Source of the DNA: a virus
Lineage: Duplodnaviria > Caudoviricetes
IMG/VR virus record: IMGVR_UViG_3300030108_003227
Coordinates: 1-58,465 of that record
Direction: 5' to 3' (one strand)
Length of the DNA stretch: 58,465 nucleotides
Below, piece by piece: positions 37,538 through 47,393 of the stretch (the first letter of the stretch is position 1; the number at the start of each line of letters is the position of its first letter). The notes under the pieces were generated by a model. The model searched no databases, was not told where the DNA came from, and saw only the letters and a list, made by a program, of their open reading frames with translations. A program made the position numbers and the translations under genes.

Positions 37538-38869
37538 CTATTCGTGCATGTCGCTATGGTTAGCGATCTTCCGGTTGATGCTTGTCATCACCTTCTCCTC
37601 GATGGAGTTGGCGGCAACCAGCACCTCCTGCAAAGCGTCCGACTTGGCACCGTTGCGGTGAATCCTGCCGAGCACCTGCTGGTATTCCTTCGCGTTGAAG
37701 GTTGGGCAGATCAGGGATGACCGTGGGCGTTTACCTTGCACATCGTGTAGTGAGATACCCGTGCCCCCAGCAGAGATGTTGCACACCACGCAATGGGATT
37801 CATCACGTTGGAAGCTGTCGATGATAGCTTGCCGTTGTGCTGGTGTCTGCGAACCATCAATCGAGTCACACTTCAGACTGACCTTCAGTGCTTCGACCGT
37901 ATCCGAGAAGTTCACAAACACGACAACACTCTTGCCAGCCGCCATTGAATTCTTTGCCATCTCTGCAATGTCCACCGCCTTGTAACTCTCAGCCAACTGG
38001 CGAGCCTTGAGCAAGCGGACAAGGACATGCTCACTATCAGTGACGGTCCCCTTCTGGATGAAGTCGTCAATGATCTTAGGTGTAATGCCAAGGTCGTCAT
38101 ATGCCTTGATGATCTTGTCATTGCTGCGGAAGTTGATCGGTCGCACAAACACACGGTTGTTGCGGAAGGCATCAGGGAAGTCAGCCGAGGTCAGCCTGTT
38201 AGTATTGACCCCATACATGAGCGCACGAAGTCTGCTAAGTGCCGTGCGGTCAGTCATCTTGTAACTACCCCACTGATCCTGAGTCACACCGAAGTTCCGC
38301 ATGAACCTCCAGAAGTGATCCAGTCCACCCTTGGCGAACTTGCCAGAGTGCAGCCCGAGCATCAGCCCGAGTGCGTTCATCTCCGTTGCGTCCTCACAGG
38401 GTGTTCCGGACATGCCGTGGATGCGGTAGCCTTGAGTCACCAAGGCAATCAGCATCTTGCTGTTAGCTGTGTTCAGCCCTTTACACTTATGGATCTCGTC
38501 CACAAGGATGAGGGTATCAGTGGGGAGTGAGTTCACGTTCCACTGAAAGGCATGTGCCTTCCTGCTACCACGTTGCGTGGTGATCTTGTCGAGGTAGGGT
38601 GTGCTCCCTGTCTTCAACTTCTCAAGGTTGGAGACAAAGATAGGTGTGATGCCAACCTCTTCCAGCTCGCGTTCCCATGCGGGGATTACTGCCTTGGGGC
38701 AGATTACCGCAACGGGTTTGCCGTAGTCACGGGCAAGGTGGCAAGCCACCACCGTCTTGCCCGTCCCCATCTCAGATGAGTCGAGCGTGTTCTTTCCAGA
38801 CAGCAGCACCTTCAAGAAGAAGAGCAGCGCCTGAACCTGCACAGGGAATAGTGTTTTAACTATCTTCAT
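37538..38869 (-). CDS. SF2 (SNF2/HARP-like) helicase
   Basis: EMGTGKT, DEIH, SGTP, GGTGISL, QVLGRIHRNG. Confidence 0.88.
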   Translation of the reverse strand: MKIVKTLFPVQVQALLFFLKVLLSGKNTLDSSEMGTGKTVVACHLARDYGKPVAVICPKAVIPAWERELEEVGITPIFVSNLEKLKTGSTPYLDKITTQRGSRKAHAFQWNVNSLPTDTLILVDEIHKCKGLNTANSKMLIALVTQGYRIHGMSGTPCEDATEMNALGLMLGLHSGKFAKGGLDHFWRFMRNFGVTQDQWGSYKMTDRTALSRLRALMYGVNTNRLTSADFPDAFRNNRVFVRPINFRSNDKIIKAYDDLGITPKIIDDFIQKGTVTDSEHVLVRLLKARQLAESYKAVDIAEMAKNSMAAGKSVVVFVNFSDTVEALKVSLKCDSIDGSQTPAQRQAIIDSFQRDESHCVVCNISAGGTGISLHDVQGKRPRSSLICPTFNAKEYQQVLGRIHRNGAKSDALQEVLVAANSIEEKVMTSINRKIANHSDMHE

Positions 38870-38891
38870 TTTGTCTTTTGTTGTTTAGGTT

Positions 38892-38936
38892 GGGTGCCCC
38901 TTTTATCAGGCAAGGGGCCAGCCGTCAATTCTTTTC
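38892..38936 (-). promoter_or_regulatory. Repeat family B promoter, copy 3
   Basis: Minus TTGACG-17-TAAAAG (extended TG) with inverted repeat GCCCCTT/AAGGGGC. Confidence 0.55.
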
Positions 38937-38937
38937 G

Positions 38938-40428
<1,491 letters not shown>

Positions 40429-40505
40429 AATGTTTATGTTCTTTCTACTGTTTGTTGTTAAGGTGGGGCAAGGTATAGTCGGTTATACCTTGCCCCCTTG
40501 GTTGG

Positions 40506-41501
40506 TTAGATCACAAGCAGATCGTCTGCCGCCGCAAGAACGAGGTCAGACTTCTTACTGAGATCCTCAAGGAGTTCCTCCCTTTCAGGTGGGTCCATCT
40601 TGGGAAGCTCCAACGACTCATAGTCGGACAGGATGGTGTTGCAGATATTGCGAACAAGATCAGCAACGGGTCCAGCAGTCACACCGAAACGATCCTGCTT
40701 GTCCTTGATCGAGTCCACCCTGTTAAGGATGTTACGCATGTTCTCGTTACGCCACCGTCCATTCTTCTTATTGTGAGACTCATCCAGCTTGCCGATGTTT
40801 TGCCTGATCAGCTTGCCGAGTCCGTCCAGTTCATTGGCGAATGCTTTCTCCTCCAATGTGGCTTGGCGTTGTGCTGCTTGCATCGCAGCAGCAATGCCTC
40901 GATTCATTGCCTCATCAGCAATAGCACTGACTGCGCTAAGGTTTCCAGTAACCAATGGTTTCTCCATGAAAACCACGGAGACTTGGAACTCATTGGCGAA
41001 CTCCTCTGCATCCGTGGGATACTTGGGCAACGCTTCCTTAAGCAGTTCCCTGCCATTGTAGTTAGGGTTGCCCTCCAAGTCATCCTTGCCCTGCCTCATA
41101 AGGAAATCGAATTCCTTAATGACTTCGGCCTTGGCCTTGGTGAGTTCGCTCTGGGTCCGGTCATAGATGACCTGCACCTTAGCCTTGTCCTTGTTGGAGA
41201 TGATGTGTGTTCCCTTGTCGAACTGTAACGATTCGCCAAGGCCGACTGTCTTATCGCCATCGCGGATAGACTTACTGAAGCTGGAAAGAATCTTCCTGAC
41301 TTTAGATATAGAGTTATCCTTGGTGCGATAGAGTGAGGCATTGATTCGGACATTCTTCTTGCCCTCCTCAATACCATTGGCACGCCGCAACTTCGCCGCC
41401 GCCGCCTTAAGGGAGGTGTTCGGGTTGGCTTGCTTAACGTGAGGACGCACCATGCTGGTGCCCCTGATCTCTTCGATGCCCATGTTATTTAGTCCATTCA
41501 T
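40506..41501 (-). CDS. DUF3150-like helical protein
   Basis: Lies between the AAA and vWA genes; ASLY, KYPTDAEEFANEFQV and a helical C-terminus; family call tentative. Confidence 0.45.
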   Translation of the reverse strand: MNGLNNMGIEEIRGTSMVRPHVKQANPNTSLKAAAAKLRRANGIEEGKKNVRINASLYRTKDNSISKVRKILSSFSKSIRDGDKTVGLGESLQFDKGTHIISNKDKAKVQVIYDRTQSELTKAKAEVIKEFDFLMRQGKDDLEGNPNYNGRELLKEALPKYPTDAEEFANEFQVSVVFMEKPLVTGNLSAVSAIADEAMNRGIAAAMQAAQRQATLEEKAFANELDGLGKLIRQNIGKLDESHNKKNGRWRNENMRNILNRVDSIKDKQDRFGVTAGPVADLVRNICNTILSDYESLELPKMDPPEREELLEDLSKKSDLVLAAADDLLVI

Positions 41502-41648
41502 TTCTCTTATGTTCTTTCTACTGTTTGTTGTTTGGGTGCTCCTTCTTTGAACGGTGAGAAGCTAACCGTCAATTCTTTTCTGATCTTATCTTGTCTGATG
41601 TTAAAAGGGGGCAAGGTATAGTCGGTTATACCCTGCCCCCTTGCTTGG

Positions 41649-41732
41649 TTAGTTAAGGTCGCGGATCACCTTGTCACCCTGCTCCTCAAGAGCGGTGAGC
41701 GTATCCGGATCAAGGAACTGCTCGTCACCCAT
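41649..41732 (-). CDS. Acidic micro-protein, 27 aa (not in ORF track)
   Basis: MGDEQFLDPDTLTALEEQGDKVIRDLN; TAATG-coupled to the AAA stop and ends just before a hairpin repeat. Confidence 0.5.
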   Translation of the reverse strand: MGDEQFLDPDTLTALEEQGDKVIRDLN

Positions 41733-43012
41733 TACTTGAAGGTGACGAGAGATTCTACCTGCTCCACATCAATGCCGCGCAACTGGCAGAGATCGAATGA
41801 CCACTTGCCAATCTCACGATCAACATTGAGCAGCAACCTCTTGGTGAACCATCCAGTCGCCTCCTGAATGTGGAGGGCGGCATCCAGATTCTCAGTCTCC
41901 TGCAACACTGCAACAGCAGCGAGGCAGAACTGATACTGTTCAGCAGGTGACGAGGGAAGAACCGCATCATCACCATTGATGTATTTCTTAACCTCGTTCT
42001 TCGATTTGCGGATAACCTTGATGTATTGGATAGCACGATCTGCCATCTTGTGTCCGAGGTATCCACGAAGCATGATCTCGAAACCATCAGGGTCGCTACT
42101 CCAATCGAGGAGGGCTTCCTTCATGGCATACGCGGAAGATCGGAATGAACATATCTGCTGACCACGATGCCCATCATTCTGATCGAAGATGGAACACTTA
42201 GCGAGTTGCTCACTGGCAATCCCTTTGGCCTTGGCTTCAATGTTATGTTCAAACTGCACCCAACCGAAGAGGGGTGACCGCGCCATCAACTCACCACCCT
42301 TGGGGCCAGCCAACTCTTTCTTCAACGCAAGAACATTCTTGAGTGTGAAGGGTGCGTTAGCCAACAGGTATTCCGGTGATGCCTTATGACTGCGAGACAG
42401 AACATGGAGGTAATCATTCACGTTACCATTAGACGTAATGTTTTTAGCCCTGTTGACGAACGGAGTCCTCAACCGTTGGGATGAAGAACCGTCAATGCCA
42501 GCACGGTTAGCTGTCATGTAGATTGCGAGGTTCGGCATACACACCCTTGACAGTGCGCTATCCGGATCGGACAGATCAAGGATAGTGTCCTGTGTCTGCT
42601 GCGTTGCCGTGCCGATCTCATCTACATGCCACAATATTGTAGCATCCAGTCCAATGGCCTTACCATTCCGCTTCACCTTAGACCAGTGATGACGGATAGG
42701 CACACACTCATGGTCTTGCAGATAAACCTTCACCTCTTTCGAGTCAGGGTTTGCGTGGTCCGGTGCTCGCATCCCTTTCAGAACGGAGGTCGGAATGTCA
42801 GTCGCATTCAGCGTGACCCTGCCAAGGGCACCGACCAGACCAGCGAAGAGCTTCGCCCTGTATGTCTTGCCAGTTCCACATGGTCCGGTGCTCACCATAG
42901 GCACATTGTTGTCATGGACCTGCATTGCGACTGCTTGATTCGCAAACTGCTGGTCCGTGTCAACGGGGTTGCCCTGCTCATACTCTGCCTGTGCTTCATT
43001 TGTTTTACTCAT
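41732..43012 (-). CDS. MoxR-like AAA+ ATPase
   Basis: GPCGTGKT, HVDEI, MTAN, PFVNR; ATG 43012 follows the repeated leader. Confidence 0.8.
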   Translation of the reverse strand: MSKTNEAQAEYEQGNPVDTDQQFANQAVAMQVHDNNVPMVSTGPCGTGKTYRAKLFAGLVGALGRVTLNATDIPTSVLKGMRAPDHANPDSKEVKVYLQDHECVPIRHHWSKVKRNGKAIGLDATILWHVDEIGTATQQTQDTILDLSDPDSALSRVCMPNLAIYMTANRAGIDGSSSQRLRTPFVNRAKNITSNGNVNDYLHVLSRSHKASPEYLLANAPFTLKNVLALKKELAGPKGGELMARSPLFGWVQFEHNIEAKAKGIASEQLAKCSIFDQNDGHRGQQICSFRSSAYAMKEALLDWSSDPDGFEIMLRGYLGHKMADRAIQYIKVIRKSKNEVKKYINGDDAVLPSSPAEQYQFCLAAVAVLQETENLDAALHIQEATGWFTKRLLLNVDREIGKWSFDLCQLRGIDVEQVESLVTFK

Positions 43013-43152
43013 TTCTCTTATGTTCTTTCTACTGTTTGTTGTTTGGGTGCTCATCCTTTACATGGCGATGAGCCTTCCGTCCATTCAATTCTTTTCTTTT
43101 GAAGTTAAAAGGGGGCAAGGTATAGTCGGTTATACCCTGCCCCCTGTTGGGG

Positions 43153-43512
43153 TTAGAGACGCTCCGCTACCAGTTCAAGTTTCTGGATAACGGATCGCAG
43201 GGCTACATGAGCATCTTCATAGGCCGAGTTTTTCTGGGCCTCGATGCGTTCAGCTTGTGCCTTAGCCTTGCACACAATGTCTTGCGCTTCCGCTTCAGCA
43301 TTGGCAAAGATGTCCTTCGCTTCCTGCACCATCTCACGGTGGTATTCTTTCACCGTCTTGCCATAAACATCAGGGGATACATCCAATCGGATAGCCTGCC
43401 TGATGTATGGCAGTTGGTTAGCGAAGTAATCTCCGCAGTAAGTTGTGTCCCCATCTCTAGTGAGGGAGGCCACGAACTCTTCCAGCAATTTAATCTCTTC
43501 TTCTTTTGTCAT
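43153..43512 (-). CDS. Hypothetical coiled-coil protein, 119 aa
   Basis: ORF ending before a hairpin repeat. Confidence 0.65.
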   Translation of the reverse strand: MTKEEEIKLLEEFVASLTRDGDTTYCGDYFANQLPYIRQAIRLDVSPDVYGKTVKEYHREMVQEAKDIFANAEAEAQDIVCKAKAQAERIEAQKNSAYEDAHVALRSVIQKLELVAERL

Positions 43513-43517
43513 TGTTC

Positions 43518-43958
43518 TTATTTGTTGAATCCCTTTTCACCTTTGCGAATGAGACGAGCAAGATACTGGAGGTCTTTCGCCAACCGTTCATCCCTTTCTG
43601 CTCTGGCACCTTCTGTTATGGCTCCACGCCACACCTCTTTCGATTCCGGACTGAGGTTAGGAGAGTCTTGCAGGAATGCTGTTACCTCCTCATCAATCTC
43701 TTCATTGGTTTGGGGCCTGCGTCGGTTCACTAATGGATGCTTAGGGTTGACGAGAACCTCAGTCTTTGCACGGATCTTGCAATCATCCACCATGATGGAT
43801 GCGAATCCGGTGCAGACTATTCCTCCTGTAGCCAGAAGGATAGACAACAACTGGAAGCTACCGAGTTGGTAGTCCAGTGCAAGGTTGGCCAGTCCGATGA
43901 GGAACAGGACAACCCCGAGTGCCACAAGGACACGGTATGCTATTATCATTTTCTTCAT
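43518..43958 (-). CDS. Hypothetical membrane protein with two N-terminal TM segments
   Basis: MKKMIIAYRVLVALGVVLFLIGLANL...; ATG 43958 follows the leader. Confidence 0.65.
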   Translation of the reverse strand: MKKMIIAYRVLVALGVVLFLIGLANLALDYQLGSFQLLSILLATGGIVCTGFASIMVDDCKIRAKTEVLVNPKHPLVNRRRPQTNEEIDEEVTAFLQDSPNLSPESKEVWRGAITEGARAERDERLAKDLQYLARLIRKGEKGFNK

Positions 43959-44044
43959 TTGTCTTATCTCGTTTGTTTGTTTTTGGTTTAAGGCAGCAGG
44001 GTATAGTTGGTTATACCCTGCCACCAGATTGGTTAGCGGAATGG

Positions 44045-44230
44045 TTAAGGGTTGAAGGGCAGTCCCATCTTGCGACCAAGATGGTAACTGATTTCGTCGA
44101 TCTTACGCGACAGTTGCTGCCGCGTAGCCGGTGTGAGGACATGCCCGCTATCGGCCAGCCTCATCTTATAGTTTGCAAGGAGCGCTTTGAGATCGTCCTT
44201 GCTCATCTCTTCCAGTTGTTGTCTAGCCAT
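44045..44230 (-). CDS. Hypothetical protein, 61 aa (cassette)
   Basis: Bounded by hairpin repeats. Confidence 0.7.
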   Translation of the reverse strand: MARQQLEEMSKDDLKALLANYKMRLADSGHVLTPATRQQLSRKIDEISYHLGRKMGLPFNP

Positions 44231-44304
44231 TGTCTTATGTTCTTTCTACTGCTTTTTGTTAAGGGCGGCAGGGTATAGTTGGTTATACCCTGCCACCAGA
44301 TTGG

Positions 44305-44685
44305 TTAGTCCCCGATAACGAGGTTTCCGGTGGACGGGTTGTAGTATCCGACCTGCTTCCAGCAGACATGTCCGAGAGGCTTGTCCTCACTGTGTCCGAT
44401 CCGCTCCCAGATCGGGAGATGCTTGTAGGTGGGGGAACGCTCCGGCGTGAGTTTATCCTCCACCCATGCGACCTCCACCCATGTGACTCCGCTCCAGCTT
44501 AACAGGAGCCACTCGCCCACCTTCACCTTGTCGGCATCCTGCATGAATTCGTCGAGGGTGAATTCGCTCTCCCACTCAGCGTTCTTGGGATACCACGCGA
44601 AGTGGACCCGCTTATCGTGCCTCTCGGTAGCCAGCTCCAGTGCTCGCTCCTGAGTCTCGGTAAGTTCAATGTTTCTGTGTTTCAT
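44305..44685 (-). CDS. Hypothetical Trp-rich protein, 126 aa (cassette)
   Basis: Bounded by hairpin repeats. Confidence 0.7.
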   Translation of the reverse strand: MKHRNIELTETQERALELATERHDKRVHFAWYPKNAEWESEFTLDEFMQDADKVKVGEWLLLSWSGVTWVEVAWVEDKLTPERSPTYKHLPIWERIGHSEDKPLGHVCWKQVGYYNPSTGNLVIGD

Positions 44686-44760
44686 TTTACTACTTTGTGT
44701 TTGTTGTTTTTGGTTTAAGGTAGCAGGGTATAGTTGGTTATACCCTGCTACCTAGATTGG

Positions 44761-45006
44761 TTAGTCCCACTTATTGAAGATCACCTTGTTTCCCTTGGTG
44801 AAGGTGCGCTCTTGCAGAACAGGCACCCCGTCCACACCTTCAAACTTTCTAGTGAAGGTGCCTTCCTCCATAGCGAGAGCTTTCTTCGGGGAGGTGGAGA
44901 TACACACTCTGGTGTAGGTGCCGGTCTCCCAATTACCACCGCAGGAGGGTGGGTTCTGCTGATGCTCTACGATCTTGTATTTGTAGAGGTTGGATTGTCT
45001 AGCCAT
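44761..45006 (-). CDS. Hypothetical protein, 81 aa (cassette)
   Basis: Bounded by 55-bp exact repeats. Confidence 0.7.
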   Translation of the reverse strand: MARQSNLYKYKIVEHQQNPPSCGGNWETGTYTRVCISTSPKKALAMEEGTFTRKFEGVDGVPVLQERTFTKGNKVIFNKWD

Positions 45007-45076
45007 TTGTCTTTCTGTGTTTGTTGTTTTTGGTTTAAGGTAGCAGGGTATAGTTGGTTATACCCTGCTAAAATCT

Positions 45077-45376
45077 TTACCCTTCCAGCGCATGGGCAAG
45101 GGCAGCGAGGTCATGGATTGCCAAGTAATCTTCCAGCTTCAGTTGGACTGCATCATAGAATGTTTCGGTGGCGATCACCTTGCCCCCTTCAGTTGCATTG
45201 ACAGTCTGGGGATGGATAGCGTGGTTTGCGATGTGGGTAATGTTACCGCAATCATCTACAGTGAAGATGTCTTCCCGCTTCTGAATCAGATACTGGAATA
45301 CTTCTTCATTCACTCTGCCGCCAAACACATCATGCACTATGCAGAAGTTTGTGTCGGAATCGTTTACTTTGCTCAT
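45077..45376 (-). CDS. Hypothetical protein, 99 aa (cassette)
   Basis: Bounded by hairpin repeats. Confidence 0.7.
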   Translation of the reverse strand: MSKVNDSDTNFCIVHDVFGGRVNEEVFQYLIQKREDIFTVDDCGNITHIANHAIHPQTVNATEGGKVIATETFYDAVQLKLEDYLAIHDLAALAHALEG

Positions 45377-45448
45377 TGTTATTTGTCTTTCTGTGTTTAG
45401 GGTTAAGGTAGCAGGGTATAGTTGGTTATACCCTGCTACCAGTATCTA

Positions 45449-45691
45449 CTAGAATTCCATCGCCGTGTTGCACTCATAATTGAGAGCACGACAGACTTCT
45501 GCCTTGGTCCGTCCGAAGGAAAACGAGGCGTAGGATGCACTAGTCTGGATTGCATACCAGTCATCCATGTCATCCTTTCCCGCCTCAATAGCTGCCTCGT
45601 TCACGGCGAGCTTGGCCTCGTCAAGAGTGGGGAAGTATTTGGAACGGGTATCCCCATTGGCATTGGTGTATGTTGCAATAGTAACATTCAT
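45449..45691 (-). CDS. Hypothetical protein, 80 aa (cassette)
   Basis: Bounded by hairpin repeats. Confidence 0.7.
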   Translation of the reverse strand: MNVTIATYTNANGDTRSKYFPTLDEAKLAVNEAAIEAGKDDMDDWYAIQTSASYASFSFGRTKAEVCRALNYECNTAMEF

Positions 45692-45767
45692 TGTATTTGT
45701 CTTTCTGTGTTTGTTGTTTTTGGTTTTAGGTAGCAGGGTATAGTTGGTTATACCCTGCTAAGATTGG

Positions 45768-45986
45768 TTACTTGGTTCTGGAGTATCCACACTTAGGACA
45801 CTTGCATACAGGAGTAGGTGAGATGATGCCAACGGAGCGGGTGTTGCAGGTATAATTGGTGGTTTCGGATGTCTTTTTGTAGAGGGGCGTGTTACCTGCA
45901 AAGGTAACTCTCTTCAGGGCAAGGCCATCTTGGAGAGGGACATTGCAACGGGGACACGTGGAAGCGGGATTGGTAGTAGTGTTCAT
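45768..45986 (-). CDS. Zinc-ribbon protein, 72 aa (cassette)
   Basis: CPRC...CPKCGY; ATG 45986. Confidence 0.65.
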   Translation of the reverse strand: MNTTTNPASTCPRCNVPLQDGLALKRVTFAGNTPLYKKTSETTNYTCNTRSVGIISPTPVCKCPKCGYSRTK

Positions 45987-46125
45987 TTTGTATTTTCGGT
46001 TTAAGGTCTGCTCTATCATGGCAAACTCATCTCTGCCAAGGGGCAGCAAGGTATAGTTGGTTATACCTTGCCGCCGCCTTAGCAGGGCATGAATTGGCTA
46101 TGGTGAGGGTATAGTTGGTTATACC

Positions 46126-46650
46126 TTACGCGGCGTTCTCAGCCGCATTCACAACCGCTTCCAAGCCATGCTGCTTCACAAGGCTGGCCACGATCTGCTC
46201 CATCGTGCGGGGCTTGCGCTTGCCCTTCTTATCGCCATCCCAGATAGGCTTAAGGGTATTGTTATTATCCTGCTTTGTGAGATAGGCGCTCTTCCGGCGA
46301 ACCGAGGGAGCGGGCTTGATGCAATAGCCAGCATCTTCCATCATCTTCAACCCCGCGTTCCATGCTCGGAAGAAACCTTTCCGAGATACCCCAGACTCCT
46401 TGGCACGGGTAGCAAAGTCAAGGTGATTGGGCGCATGCCCTTCACTGGCGACCACTCCAGCGACGACGCTGGAGATGGCATCCTCTTCATTCCCGTTGTT
46501 GATCTTACCGGACCCAAAAGCGTGGATGGTGTCCACGATATTGTCGCAGGACCGATGGTGCTCTATTCCGGCAATGGCGCATGCTTTGTCGAACTTGGCA
46601 TTGTTCGATGCGAAGATTGCGGTCAGTTTAGCTGTGGTTGTATTGTTCAT
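46126..46650 (-). CDS. First early gene, hypothetical 174 aa with basic C-terminus
   Basis: ATG 46650 after an A/C-rich leader; its stop abuts a hairpin core. Confidence 0.65.
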   Translation of the reverse strand: MNNTTTAKLTAIFASNNAKFDKACAIAGIEHHRSCDNIVDTIHAFGSGKINNGNEEDAISSVVAGVVASEGHAPNHLDFATRAKESGVSRKGFFRAWNAGLKMMEDAGYCIKPAPSVRRKSAYLTKQDNNNTLKPIWDGDKKGKRKPRTMEQIVASLVKQHGLEAVVNAAENAA

Positions 46651-47073
46651 CTTATCTTGTTTTCTGTTTTTGTGTTTGTTGGTGAGGGAGGGGGTATAAT
46701 TGGTTATACCTTTTCTCTCCCTCTTCACCTCTGAATGGGGGGCAAGCAAAGCAAAGTCTGGAAAACAGGGGGAAGGGGAAGAGAAAAACCGTTGCACCTT
46801 TCCTGCTAGGTTCAAGTGAACCGTGCAACCGTGCACCTCCTCCAGATGCCCTTTGACTGGCCCTATATAGTCCTGTTAAATCAATTCGTCATATTCCACT
46901 TACCTAAGTCACTGAGAATGAGGGAGTTAGGTTATAAGTTCTGACAAGATGTGTAATGCTGACTAGACGCCACGGGGGGGGTGGGGGTTTTTTATGCACG
47001 CACGCATGTATATATATCTAGGCGTGTGAAAAAATTTGACTCTCCTTATTTTGCACGCATTATGCACGCACCT

Positions 47074-47313
47074 ATGGCAACGAGGGCATATTACCTGAAG
47101 AACAAAGCGGCACGGCTAAAATACCAGCGGGAATACTACCAAGCGAACAAGGACAGAATCGCTAGAAAACGTGAGGTTGCGGAGACTGTAGACCCAGAAC
47201 TGCGCGAAAAACGTAAGCGGTATCAACGTGCATATTACCGTAAAAACCGTGCACGGATTCTGGCAAAGCGTGCAAAACAGTATGCGCTTAAGAAGTCCGC
47301 AAAATCGAAATGA
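47074..47313 (+). CDS. Basic helical protein with YY..N repeats
   Basis: RAYYLKNK/REYYQANK/RAYYRKNR, as in HNH-associated helical regions. Confidence 0.55.
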   Translation: MATRAYYLKNKAARLKYQREYYQANKDRIARKREVAETVDPELREKRKRYQRAYYRKNRARILAKRAKQYALKKSAKSK

Positions 47314-47393
47314 AAAGTTTTCCTAGATGTATATATAATAGTATAATGATTATACTGTTATATATAGCATAGGAAAAACTTTTCAAACCACTC

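Larger units (their letters stand above)
40465..46710 (-). repeat. Dispersed hairpin repeat family A, 12 copies, core GGTATA-N6-TATACC
   Basis: Cores start at 40472, 41615, 43119, 44000, 44272, 44727, 45047, 45415, 45737, 46050, 46108, 46693; all co-oriented and intergenic. Confidence 0.95.

Noticed and set aside
43959-44024. N-terminal extensions in the ORF track (43518..44024, 41732..43054, 45768..46049, 46126..46836, 9494..11266)
   Set aside because: The extensions run through repeat, leader or terminator DNA; downstream starts after the conserved leader are more plausible.
40465-46710. Hairpin repeats as a CRISPR array
   Set aside because: The intervals are 40 to about 1500 bp and contain intact genes. 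There is no cas operon; the Cas4-like nuclease is a typical phage replication exonuclease.
40465-46710. Hairpin repeats as intrinsic terminators or plain sigma70 promoters
   Set aside because: No consistent U-tract follows the stem in either direction. TATAAC/TATAGT lacks a properly spaced -35 box, and the conserved loop is not needed for termination.
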